Shown: positions 47,024-56,567 of the stretch, in pieces
Layout of the letters: every line of letters starts with the position of its first letter
How positions within the stretch are numbered: the first letter of the stretch is position 1
Source of the DNA: a virus
IMG/VR virus record: IMGVR_UViG_3300021961_011210
Coordinates: 1-64,000 of that record
DNA: 64,000 nucleotides
Strand: one strand, 5' to 3'
The notes under the pieces: generated by a model
What the model was told of the DNA's origin: nothing
The model's input: only the letters and a program-made list of their open reading frames with translations
Databases searched by the model: none
Position numbers and translations under genes: made by a program

Positions 47024-48967
47024 TTAAATCAATTTACCCCCACCTCTACTTGGTACTGTTATTAATGCCCCTGATGGACTTGGAATAACCGTAAGAGTCG
47101 GTATACCTACAGATAATTTTCCGTTCTGATCCTGTTCATTTAAGTGTGCAACTGCTTTTGCTAAATCTGCAAGTAATGCGGTGTTAGTTGCACCTCCAGG
47201 GTAATCTCCAGTGGGTATACCTACTTTTTCATATTCCTCGATAATATTAGCAAATATTCTTGTTGGTGACATTCCAGGTAAAGAATCTGTACTTAATAAC
47301 AACGGTAGTGGAATATCATTCTGAACTCTTTTTGCTATATTCAATAAGGCTAAAAGTTCATCCAATAAACTGTTACATCTCCTATAATCTATGACACCTT
47401 GAACAACAACCAAAATACTTTCAACAATTGCTAGAATAATTCTATTTCTTTTTTGTGTTGCTTCTGTTCCAATATCACGTATAATACTCTGAACAAGAAG
47501 TAAAAAATCTTTTTTAATTATTAGATACAATTCCTCCAAGTATATTGCGTAAACTCTACTTTGAACTTGGATTAAATAATTTTTATATTTTTTTGCGAAA
47601 TCCTCCAAAGAGTCAATAAAGTCTGATAAATTATCACCCAAGACTTTTGACAATAAAATTAGTGGAATAATATTCTTTGGTGACAGAAGTGTGTTTACAA
47701 TTGCCTTTGGTAATATTTTCAAAAAATCTTCTTGGATTTTTAACTGTATATTTACGTCAGGTAACAATAATTTCCATTCATTTGACATTTCGTTCAACAT
47801 ACTTTCTGCGGTGGCGTCTTCTTGGGAAAGATTGTTTGAATTTAAAATCCTTGTAACTAATGTAATCATGTCCTCAACTTGAACAGGTAGTTTTACATTA
47901 TCACAATCTTCGAATTCGGTTACACGTCCTTGTATATTATTAATTCTGTCATCAATAATTCGTAAATCAATTTCACTCATTTCGAAAAATGACTCATCAA
48001 TTAAATCTACTGATAATTTGGAAATACCACTAACGTCAATTTCATTTGTAGTGTCAAAACATAATCCTAAAATTCTTTGTAATATTCTTTCAAATGTAGT
48101 CTGATCTCTGATGGTGTCAGCACCTAAATCAACTTTCATTGATATAGCACCCGTCAAATAGTCCATAACTTTACCATATAATTCATGAACATCGAATAGA
48201 TTTATACTGGAATAATAGTCAACAATAAAGTCGCCTATTCTATTTGAATTACCGAATCTATTCCTTAGAGTAATTTTGAAAAAGTCCCCGACATTACCAA
48301 CGTCATCTGTTGGTGAGTATTCAATATCAAATAATGGTTGTCCCGAACTTCCCACATAGTAGTTAGAATATTCACCTAAAAAGGATTGAGTGGGATCTTG
48401 TATTCTATGATAAAGTTGGCGGTTCATCGAATATGGATAAACACCTAAAGAATAATCATTTTTTTCATACAAAAGTTTTCCTACAGAAGTTGATGGATCT
48501 TCCTTTAGTATTGAAAACAAATCAACGGCGGGTATTCTTATATAGTAAACAGCTGGGCTCGAAGGGGTTGAAATCGGAAAAGATTGTTCTTGACTACAAC
48601 CAAGTGCACTGATAGTTTCTTCGGCTAAAATTATTTTTAATTTATCTATTGTCCTGTTTGCTGCACGAATAAATCTTTTGGTAAGAAAACTAATTGTTGA
48701 AGTCCCTGAACCTTCAGTCAGTTTAAATAACTCTAACAGTTCATCTAAACTGTTGGGACCTTGTCCTAATTGATTTTGTGAAAACTTTTTTGCGGAATCA
48801 TTAAAATCTGATAATTTTTTCTGAACTTTTGCGTTGAGTTGTTCTGCGTTGTTTCCGAAGGAGTCTATCCGTGACTTTATTTCGTCTTCTTTTGCCTTTT
48901 TAGTCTTCTTGTATGCGGAGACTTTGGCTTTGATTTTTTTTAATTTTGTTTTCCTATCTACTGGCAT
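47024..48967 (-). CDS. hypothetical (probable structural) protein
   Basis: 647-aa ORF in baseplate-region operon. Confidence 0.65.
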   Translation of the reverse strand: MPVDRKTKLKKIKAKVSAYKKTKKAKEDEIKSRIDSFGNNAEQLNAKVQKKLSDFNDSAKKFSQNQLGQGPNSLDELLELFKLTEGSGTSTISFLTKRFIRAANRTIDKLKIILAEETISALGCSQEQSFPISTPSSPAVYYIRIPAVDLFSILKEDPSTSVGKLLYEKNDYSLGVYPYSMNRQLYHRIQDPTQSFLGEYSNYYVGSSGQPLFDIEYSPTDDVGNVGDFFKITLRNRFGNSNRIGDFIVDYYSSINLFDVHELYGKVMDYLTGAISMKVDLGADTIRDQTTFERILQRILGLCFDTTNEIDVSGISKLSVDLIDESFFEMSEIDLRIIDDRINNIQGRVTEFEDCDNVKLPVQVEDMITLVTRILNSNNLSQEDATAESMLNEMSNEWKLLLPDVNIQLKIQEDFLKILPKAIVNTLLSPKNIIPLILLSKVLGDNLSDFIDSLEDFAKKYKNYLIQVQSRVYAIYLEELYLIIKKDFLLLVQSIIRDIGTEATQKRNRIILAIVESILVVVQGVIDYRRCNSLLDELLALLNIAKRVQNDIPLPLLLSTDSLPGMSPTRIFANIIEEYEKVGIPTGDYPGGATNTALLADLAKAVAHLNEQDQNGKLSVGIPTLTVIPSPSGALITVPSRGGGKLI

Positions 48968-48975
48968 GGTTAAAC

Positions 48976-49350
48976 TTATTTGTTTAGTTTATAACCACCG
49001 TTATCTTCATTTTCCAAATCCTTATTAATTAACGTTTGCAACATGTCTTCATCCATGTCAGATAAAGAAAAATCTTCCTCATTATTGTTTTGAGACTTTT
49101 CCCAAATTGAAGATTGTAATTTAGAAAGTGTTAATTTTTTTTCAATTGTTTCGTTTATAATTTTTTGTTGCTCTTTGAGAATACCTGAAATGGCTGGCAT
49201 GTCTTTTGAATTGTTCATCATACCAATCAGTTTGTTTTGAATTCTTATTGCAGTTGCTCTTTGTTCTACAAGTTCATTGTAGATTTCCTGCATAAGACTC
49301 AAAACAGAATCCTTACTTAGTACTATTTCTTTTTTCTTTGGACGTGGCAT
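48976..49350 (-). CDS. hypothetical helical protein
   Basis: ORF 5 nt after TATTTAT (49356-49362). Confidence 0.65.
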   Translation of the reverse strand: MPRPKKKEIVLSKDSVLSLMQEIYNELVEQRATAIRIQNKLIGMMNNSKDMPAISGILKEQQKIINETIEKKLTLSKLQSSIWEKSQNNNEEDFSLSDMDEDMLQTLINKDLENEDNGGYKLNK

Positions 49351-49380
49351 ATCTAATAAATATTTTGTCTGATATTTTTA

Positions 49381-50142
49381 TCAATCACTGAACTTTTTCA
49401 TAAGTTCATAATATAAAGTTTTATATTTTTTAAGAGAACTTCTTATTTCTTTTGTTGACATGTTAGTCATCTCCCTTAAAGAAAGTAAAATTATATTTTT
49501 ATTAAATTTGTTGTTGTCGTTACCTATAAAAATTTCGTTGTAGTTTTCGAATAAATCAACTAACGCCTGTCCAAGTTTTCTTTCGTTAGAATTCAAATCA
49601 TTTTCGTTAATAAAATCTTTGAGGTCTTTAAGAAACTGTTTTATTATTTGTTCGGGTTCGACTTTTTCAAATTCTAAATAATAAATCATATCAGGACGAT
49701 TTTCTAAGGTAGATGATATGTCTTCATATGAAATTTTACGGTTAATTTCTTTTTGATCCTTAATTATTTGTCCCATCAAATAATTTTTACAGATTGTGCC
49801 AAAGTAGGAATAGGCTTTTTTGTTTTTGTCTGGTTTGAATTTATCTACTTTTGTGATTAAAAAAGAGTGAGTGTCATTATGAATTTCTATAAAGTCCATA
49901 TCTTTTCTATAAAGTTTATACCTTCTAATAATTGATTCAATCATCTTATCAAGAGGTGCTTTCAAGAATTCATTATAAATTGCATTTTTTTCGTATGAAG
50001 TTTGGGCGGAAAGAAACAATCTTACCGCCTCCTCTTCACGTACGTCAAAATAGTTATTATTAGTGGGTTTACGTCCTCTTTTTTTAGCCTCTGGTTGATC
50101 TACCAAATTCAAAGAGGTTCCACTTATCACATCCAAAGTCAT
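49381..50142 (-). CDS. late-transcription sigma factor (T4 gp55-like)
   Basis: N-terminal NYF, region-2-like KF.P.K..KAYSYFGTICKNYL. Confidence 0.65.
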   Translation of the reverse strand: MTLDVISGTSLNLVDQPEAKKRGRKPTNNNYFDVREEEAVRLFLSAQTSYEKNAIYNEFLKAPLDKMIESIIRRYKLYRKDMDFIEIHNDTHSFLITKVDKFKPDKNKKAYSYFGTICKNYLMGQIIKDQKEINRKISYEDISSTLENRPDMIYYLEFEKVEPEQIIKQFLKDLKDFINENDLNSNERKLGQALVDLFENYNEIFIGNDNNKFNKNIILLSLREMTNMSTKEIRSSLKKYKTLYYELMKKFSD

Positions 50143-50945
50143 TAATCATTTTCAGGTTGATATTTTATTCCCCTGTCATCTGTAAAAAAATATTCTTTTT
50201 TTGCAGATTCAATCCAAAATTTCACCTCGTCATCTGACATTTTTGCTGTGTTATTTTTGTAATTCCAAAATATCGAACCCTCTCTCATGTTGGTGTGTTT
50301 GTAACCTATTTTCGGAATCGTCATAATTTTTGCCGAATTGTAAGTTAGTCTAAGTAGTAGTTCATAGACAAAGGTTAACTTAAAGGAAGGTTTAAAAGCA
50401 CCAAATTCTTCAATTGTACTTTTTCTGATTACCATACCACTTGATTGAAAGTTTTGGTAAGCTAATAACATTTCATTTGTTAAATATCCAATTTCAGCGG
50501 TCATACTGGCTGCGAATGTTGCTTCATTAGTGAAACCCGCAAAAGTTCCTTTGTCGTCTACATCTACAACCAACGGTAAAAATCCGTCAACATCCGAATA
50601 AGCTTCCATGTATTCTGCGACGTTTTTGAACCAAATTGACGAATATTCGTCGTCAAATTCGTAAAATGACAACCACTCAGACTTAGCATTCTGAACACCA
50701 ATCGAAATTTGATTGGCATACGAAAAATCATTTTGATTGGCAACGATATTGACTGTAAGTCCGCTGAAGTCGAAATTTGACAAATAGTTTTTTAGACTTT
50801 CTTCGTTTGAATGAACAATCACTAATTCGTTAATATTTACTGATTGATTTTTAAGCGATAAAACCGCTTTTGTAAAATATGATTCAAAATCTTTTGCCTT
50901 TGAACTACTGATTGGTAGTATAACTGATATATCTAATTTTTTCAT
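50142..50945 (-). CDS. glycosyltransferase family 2
   Basis: ISVILP, A.SEW.SFYEFDD, Y.H. Confidence 0.8.
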   Translation of the reverse strand: MKKLDISVILPISSSKAKDFESYFTKAVLSLKNQSVNINELVIVHSNEESLKNYLSNFDFSGLTVNIVANQNDFSYANQISIGVQNAKSEWLSFYEFDDEYSSIWFKNVAEYMEAYSDVDGFLPLVVDVDDKGTFAGFTNEATFAASMTAEIGYLTNEMLLAYQNFQSSGMVIRKSTIEEFGAFKPSFKLTFVYELLLRLTYNSAKIMTIPKIGYKHTNMREGSIFWNYKNNTAKMSDDEVKFWIESAKKEYFFTDDRGIKYQPEND

Positions 50946-52009
50946 TGTTCTGATTCGTTTTTAATTTTTTCAACTTGGGATTCAAAATTCTGTAATCTCA
51001 ATTGGTTATATTCGTTAAAAAGATGAAAAATATTTTTGTTAAATTTCTCATAGTCAACGTATTGTTGTGCGGTTTCGTAACCTGCAGTGTATATTTCTTC
51101 TGAAATATTATCCTCTAACCAATTTTGAGTAAATTCTGCTAAAGTATCGACAATATCCAAATACTCTGTTGTCCAAACTCCGTTGGTTTCATTCATCCAT
51201 TCGGGACGTAGATGTGGGATTTTTCCAATAACGGGTGTTCCTGAAATCATAGATTCGAGTGGAAAACTCCCAAACGCCGAATTATCATCAACCCATACAG
51301 AAACAAAACTTTCTTTCAAATTTTGAGCAAATTCTTCTAAGGATAATCCTCTCATGTCTCTAAATGTTATCCAACGGTATTGAGGATATTTCAAATAAAA
51401 AGTTTTGATAATTTTCATTGCATCTCTCTGATCTCGTGTGTGGATTGTCACAACAGGTAAAGGTGGTTTTTGTTTCTTTGTGAACCCTTTATAAATAATT
51501 GGTTCCAAAACATCTATAGATACACTTTTAAAAATTGACGATAAATAATTTTTTTGTGTTTCGGATGTTGTTATTGCTTTGTAAGTACCAAACTGAACCC
51601 AAGTCGATCCAGGTGCTAGTGTTTCAAGTGCATAATCATATGCTTGACATAAAACAATTTTTGCACAAGGTAGATTTGAAACCTGCTCAAGTGCGTGAGC
51701 AAAAAGTTCAGGAATTACTAAAATATCTTCAGGAGAAACTTGTAATTTTTGTTCTTCAATGTTCTGATGAGGAATTTCAGACATATACTCCTCACCCAAC
51801 CAACTTGCAACCCCGTCGTATTCTTTTTTTTCGTGTAAGATAATCGGGTTGAATCCACTATTTTTAAGTGACATTGCAATGTCGTAGATGTGTTTTATTC
51901 CTGCCTTCGCATTTCCTTTTGTATCTTGGGTTAAAAAGAAAATTTTATTTTCATTTTTTCTCAATATGTCGATAGACTTGAGAATTTTTTCTTGTAGTTC
52001 TTGACTCAT
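50942..52009 (-). CDS. glycosyltransferase (GT-B, GT4-like)
   Basis: DILVIPE; FGSFPLESM.SG.PVIG. Confidence 0.75.
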   Translation of the reverse strand: MSQELQEKILKSIDILRKNENKIFFLTQDTKGNAKAGIKHIYDIAMSLKNSGFNPIILHEKKEYDGVASWLGEEYMSEIPHQNIEEQKLQVSPEDILVIPELFAHALEQVSNLPCAKIVLCQAYDYALETLAPGSTWVQFGTYKAITTSETQKNYLSSIFKSVSIDVLEPIIYKGFTKKQKPPLPVVTIHTRDQRDAMKIIKTFYLKYPQYRWITFRDMRGLSLEEFAQNLKESFVSVWVDDNSAFGSFPLESMISGTPVIGKIPHLRPEWMNETNGVWTTEYLDIVDTLAEFTQNWLEDNISEEIYTAGYETAQQYVDYEKFNKNIFHLFNEYNQLRLQNFESQVEKIKNESEQ

Positions 52010-52013
52010 TTGG

Positions 52014-52283
52014 TTAAATACTTTTGATAATATTATTAACTAATAATGTATTAAATGCAATTCTAAAGGGAATACTTACTTCTTTGGATTTGCTTGACAA
52101 CATTTCATCCATCGGTTCATGTTCAGACATTATTACTTCAACCATTGTTTTCATTATTTCAAATTTTATTGGACTAATGGTTGATTCATTTTCTTGAGAA
52201 TCCTGAGAATTTGATTCTGTTCTTGTTTCTAATTCTTTTAGATCCAAGTAATAGGTTTCACCCCAAATCTTAAACATTGACAT
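52014..52283 (-). CDS. hypothetical protein
   Basis: ORF in operon. Confidence 0.7.
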   Translation of the reverse strand: MSMFKIWGETYYLDLKELETRTESNSQDSQENESTISPIKFEIMKTMVEVIMSEHEPMDEMLSSKSKEVSIPFRIAFNTLLVNNIIKSI

Positions 52284-52881
52284 TTTCTATTATTTTTTGA
52301 ATTGATGGTAAAAACTCTTCAATGGTATCGATGCATATTTCAGAGTTGACTTCACTATTATAAAGTTTGTTAAATTTTACAATTTGTGTATTGTTTTTTT
52401 GATTTTTTATTAAATCCGGATTTGCCGTTAATATTAAATCAAAATCATCCCAAAGTTTATCTTCTGTCAGTTTGGAATAAAAACGTATATTTTCGACTAA
52501 ACATCCATATTTTGCAAGAAAAAATAGAGTTGCCGGTTTGCTTTTCTCCATTTCCTCAGAGATGATAGTGATTTCGTGATTATCTCTTAATTTTTTATAT
52601 ATCTCATCCAAAACATTAAATGTGTTACCGCTCACTGATGGAGAGTGCCCAAAAATTTCCATTGGGAAGTCCACATAAAAAAAATCATAAAAAGATTCTT
52701 CAGTTGGGAAGGAAAAATGATTGGATAGTGTGGTGGATGTGATAGGCAAATTCAAAGAGTATTCAAACTCATCTTCACCCTCTTCTCTTACATAATCCTC
52801 AATAAAAAATTTACGGTAAACTTGTTCCGCTTTACGAAGTGTATCTCTAATTACACCATTTATGTCTATAGCAATTTTCAT
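52270..52881 (-). CDS. HAD-like 5'(3')-nucleotidase-family protein (divergent)
   Basis: MKIAIDINGVIRD; YN near C-terminus. Confidence 0.6.
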   Translation of the reverse strand: MKIAIDINGVIRDTLRKAEQVYRKFFIEDYVREEGEDEFEYSLNLPITSTTLSNHFSFPTEESFYDFFYVDFPMEIFGHSPSVSGNTFNVLDEIYKKLRDNHEITIISEEMEKSKPATLFFLAKYGCLVENIRFYSKLTEDKLWDDFDLILTANPDLIKNQKNNTQIVKFNKLYNSEVNSEICIDTIEEFLPSIQKIIENVNV

Positions 52882-52882
52882 C

Positions 52883-53635
52883 TTATATTAGTTTTTTTGA
52901 CGGTAAGGCAACTCCACGTTTTGATACAACTTCAGCCGACATTTCATTTGCAAAATTTATTGCCATTTCAATGTCTTTATGTAAAAAATAATGACATGAA
53001 AATGATGAAAGAAATGTGTCACCAGCGCCACTTACATCTATCGTTTCTTGCGGATTAGGGGATGGGTATATTTTGTCATTATATCTGACGCCTTCTTTAC
53101 CTAAAGTCACAATAACATTTGTTTTTTTTACCATTGTTTTATTCAATTCAGATTCACCTTTATTCATTTTAATGAACGAATAATTGATAACTTTTTTTAA
53201 ATTTAGTTTTTTTTTGGAATCTAAAAAAGATAATTCAGAATTCTCCGAAATATATTTTAAATCATTTTGACTTAAAAACCCTTTGTTATAATCACTCACC
53301 ACAACAAAATCGTATTTTTTCAACTTTTTTGGTTTGAGTTGTTTTCGGTCGAATCGGGTTATTTTTGATTCCCCTTCATCGAATCTTAAAAACATGTGAT
53401 TCGATTTTTTTTCCACAAATCTAGTTTTGGTTATTTTTTCTTTTTGATGGTAAAAATCTATACGAGCATCAGGGCAAAGTTTCTTAAGGTTTTGATAGAC
53501 ATTTCCCGCCATTCCCATGTTTGATACCGTATCTATTGGATTTAAAATAGGAACAGGGGCTTCAGGACAAATTCTGTCTGCAGTACAATAAATGAAATTA
53601 TCTTCACAAAGTTCTCCTACCACTAATATTTTCAT
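52883..53635 (-). CDS. heptose-7-phosphate kinase (RfaE/HldE domain I, PfkB family)
   Basis: RICPEAPVP, GMAGNV, KTRF, VSDYNKG, DVSGAGDTF. Confidence 0.85.
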   Translation of the reverse strand: MKILVVGELCEDNFIYCTADRICPEAPVPILNPIDTVSNMGMAGNVYQNLKKLCPDARIDFYHQKEKITKTRFVEKKSNHMFLRFDEGESKITRFDRKQLKPKKLKKYDFVVVSDYNKGFLSQNDLKYISENSELSFLDSKKKLNLKKVINYSFIKMNKGESELNKTMVKKTNVIVTLGKEGVRYNDKIYPSPNPQETIDVSGAGDTFLSSFSCHYFLHKDIEMAINFANEMSAEVVSKRGVALPSKKLI

Positions 53636-54029
53636 TCTGTAATATTTTTGTTGTTGAGTATTCTTCTATCCTGTCAAAAAATATGATTTCTTTCACATAT
53701 TGTGAACCTATGATTTTTTTATTTTTATAATCACTACCTATAACCATATAATCGATATCTAAATTTTTGATTATAGTTTCTAACTCTTCGTCTGATGAAA
53801 AACTGTAAACTTCATTTATATTTTTAAGGTATTTTAAAAATTCAATTCTATCTGACAATTTGTTGAAAGGACGATCAGTCCCCTTCAATTGTTTTACTCT
53901 TTCATCAGTGTCTACCCCAACAAATAAATTACCGAAGTTTGATGCAAATTCAAATAGACGTATGTGTCCGATATGGAGGACATCGAATGTTCCATTAATC
54001 CAAACTCGTTTCGGGTATGGTATTAACAT
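53604..54029 (-). CDS. heptose-1-phosphate nucleotidyltransferase (RfaE/HldE domain II)
   Basis: NGTFDVLHIGH, KG..RP, GSDY, YSTT. Confidence 0.85.
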   Translation of the reverse strand: MLIPYPKRVWINGTFDVLHIGHIRLFEFASNFGNLFVGVDTDERVKQLKGTDRPFNKLSDRIEFLKYLKNINEVYSFSSDEELETIIKNLDIDYMVIGSDYKNKKIIGSQYVKEIIFFDRIEEYSTTKILQNENISGRRTL

Positions 54030-54418
54030 TATTTTTGACTATCTCCTTTCCAAACTCTATATGAATCCGAATCGTAATGTGTGGTTGAAACCTCATATAT
54101 GATACCATCGGTAAGTGCTAACAATTGGTGTGGTTGTCCCGGACGTTGACGAACCGAGTCACCAACAACTAAAGCTTCTTGCTCTACCTCTGCGGTTTCA
54201 GTATTTATCCATTTGTAAATAAATTCACCCTCCTGTACATACCATGTCTCATCTTTAATCATGTGGTAATGCATTGAGAAACTAGCCCCTTTTTTGAACA
54301 CCAATAATTTACCACAATAAAGTTCGTTGTTTTCAAAAACAATTTCATGTCCCCAACCTTTGGGGATATGACACCCTTCACATTCACTTACATTTTTAAC
54401 AATTGGTTTTTCCATCAT
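54029..54418 (-). CDS. cupin (sugar isomerase/epimerase-like)
   Basis: PKGWG.E, SMHYH..KDETW, PG..H, YEVST, DSYR. Confidence 0.75.
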   Translation of the reverse strand: MMEKPIVKNVSECEGCHIPKGWGHEIVFENNELYCGKLLVFKKGASFSMHYHMIKDETWYVQEGEFIYKWINTETAEVEQEALVVGDSVRQRPGQPHQLLALTDGIIYEVSTTHYDSDSYRVWKGDSQK

Positions 54419-54426
54419 ATTTCAAT

Positions 54427-55413
54427 TTAATATATTGAGTCGTTGTAATAGTTCATCCAATATTCAACCATTTCATCCAACATGGTTTCGAATGAATATG
54501 TAGGACTCCATCCCGTTGTATTTTTAAGTTTATTATTATCACCCTTCAAATCGTTTAGCTCTTCAGGGCGTAGAAATTTCTCATCCATGGTAACATATTC
54601 TTTGTAGTCCAAATCAAGACTTGAGAATACGTATTCACACAAATCTCTAACTGAGTGAGAAATACCCGTAGAACAAACAAAATCATCGGGAGATTCTTGT
54701 TGGAGGATTAACCACATTGCCTCAACATAATCTTTAGCGTGTCCCCAATCTCGGGTGGCTTCTAAGTTACCCAATTTTAACTCATTTGACAACCCAAGTT
54801 TAATTTTTACGGCTTCTTTTGCTACTTTGTTTGTTACAAAGTTTGTGCCTCTACGTGGGGATTCATGGTTGAAGAGTATGCCATTTGATACAAACATGTT
54901 GTAAGAGTTTCTGTAGTTTCTACAAATGTTGTAAGAATATACTTTTGCACACCCATATGGTGATACTGGATTCATAGGTGTTGTTTCTCTTTGAAAACCA
55001 TCTTCGTCTATTGAGTTTCCAAACATTTCAGATGAAGATGCCTGATAAATTTTGGTATTTGGTTTAATTAATCTGACAGCTTCTAGTAAATTCAAAGTAC
55101 CAACACCTGTTACTTGTGCAGTATAGATTGGTTGATCGAAAGAAATTCTTACATGAGACTGTGCGGCTAAATTGTAGATTTCATCAGGTTGTACTTTTTG
55201 AATTGTATTTACCAATGAAGACAAATCAGTCATGTCTGCGTAATGTAAGTTTGATTTAATTTTATCATAGATAGAATCCAATCTAAATGTTTGATTTTCT
55301 GAAACAGAATTTCTTTTGAGAGTACCATGTACCTCGTATCCTTTGTTGATTAAAAATTCTGCAAGATAACTACCATCTTGTCCGTTTATACCTGTTATTA
55401 ATGCTTTTTTCAT
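54427..55413 (-). CDS. gmd: GDP-mannose 4,6-dehydratase
   Basis: ALITGINGQDGSYLAE, AAQSHV, YQASSSE, SPYGCAK, FNHESPRRG, RDWGHA. Confidence 0.95.
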   Translation of the reverse strand: MKKALITGINGQDGSYLAEFLINKGYEVHGTLKRNSVSENQTFRLDSIYDKIKSNLHYADMTDLSSLVNTIQKVQPDEIYNLAAQSHVRISFDQPIYTAQVTGVGTLNLLEAVRLIKPNTKIYQASSSEMFGNSIDEDGFQRETTPMNPVSPYGCAKVYSYNICRNYRNSYNMFVSNGILFNHESPRRGTNFVTNKVAKEAVKIKLGLSNELKLGNLEATRDWGHAKDYVEAMWLILQQESPDDFVCSTGISHSVRDLCEYVFSSLDLDYKEYVTMDEKFLRPEELNDLKGDNNKLKNTTGWSPTYSFETMLDEMVEYWMNYYNDSIY

Positions 55414-56567
55414 ATGTGTTTGTTAACTATTTCAATTACTCTATCTAATTCTTCTTCTGTCATTAAGTGATTGTTCGGAATATACATTCCATATTCGTGT
55501 ACTCGTTTTGCTATTGGTAAGTCGACTTTTTCGAATCTTTCATACCAAAATGGGTGCTCATTTATAGAACCACAAATCAGAGGACGGCATTCTATGTTAT
55601 TTTCCATTAACTCCTTAGTTAATTCTTTAATATTTTCTGTAATAATCGGATACGAAAAATTAGAAACCATAGAGTGAGGTTGGGGATTTATTTTCCAACC
55701 GTCTGTTTTAATTTCTCGGTGGTATTTTAAAAAATTTTTATTTCTATTAAAAACAATATCATCTAACTTTTCTAATTGTTGGAGTCCTATGAATGCTTGT
55801 AAATCTGTTGCTCTCAGATTAAATCCGGGATAATAAAATGTGTATAAAGCCCGAAAATCACCTATACCATATTTTTCTCTAAGTTGTTTCTGCTTTTCAA
55901 TCGGTAAATCTCTGTCCCATCCATGAGAACGAATAGATAAAAGAATATGATAAAGTTCTTCAGAATTTGTGGATACCATTCCACCCTCTATTGTGGACAT
56001 GTGGTGTCCAAAATAAAATGAAAAAGTAGATAAATCACCAAAAGTCCCGAGTTTTTGTCCATCGTACATGGTACCAGTTGATTCACAAGTATCTTCGATA
56101 AGAAGTATATCATGTTCCTTACACAATTCCATAATTTCATTCATGTGATTTGGAAAACCTAATACATGTACAAGTATTATACATCCGGGGTTTTCCTTTT
56201 CTATAATTTCCTTCAGGTGGTTGATATTTAATCCCAAATTATCTTCATCACATTCACACATGATGGGTGTCATACCGAGTTGTACTGCGGGAGTTACTGT
56301 AGTTACCCAAGATACTGCGGGGACGACAATCTTGTTATTTTTCAATTTACCTGAAAGTAATAAAGAATATACCGCAGCTAAGTTTGCAGAAGAACCTGAG
56401 TTAACAAATACAGAATATTTTACACCCAACCACTCAGACCATTTTTGTTCGAATTCAACATTCAACTGTCCTTTTGTTAAACGAGGGTTAGTCTTTAACC
56501 ATTCAATAAGTTTTTCGATATCTTTGGTATCGATGGTGTCTTTAACTAAATCAATTTTATTCATCAC
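55410..56567 (-). CDS. PLP-dependent GDP-4-keto-6-deoxymannose 3-dehydratase (ColD/RfbH-like)
   Basis: NSGSSANL, EDTCES, SFYFGHHMSTIEGG (His at the usual Lys position), SHGWDR. Confidence 0.75.
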   Translation of the reverse strand: MMNKIDLVKDTIDTKDIEKLIEWLKTNPRLTKGQLNVEFEQKWSEWLGVKYSVFVNSGSSANLAAVYSLLLSGKLKNNKIVVPAVSWVTTVTPAVQLGMTPIMCECDEDNLGLNINHLKEIIEKENPGCIILVHVLGFPNHMNEIMELCKEHDILLIEDTCESTGTMYDGQKLGTFGDLSTFSFYFGHHMSTIEGGMVSTNSEELYHILLSIRSHGWDRDLPIEKQKQLREKYGIGDFRALYTFYYPGFNLRATDLQAFIGLQQLEKLDDIVFNRNKNFLKYHREIKTDGWKINPQPHSMVSNFSYPIITENIKELTKELMENNIECRPLICGSINEHPFWYERFEKVDLPIAKRVHEYGMYIPNNHLMTEEELDRVIEIVNKHI

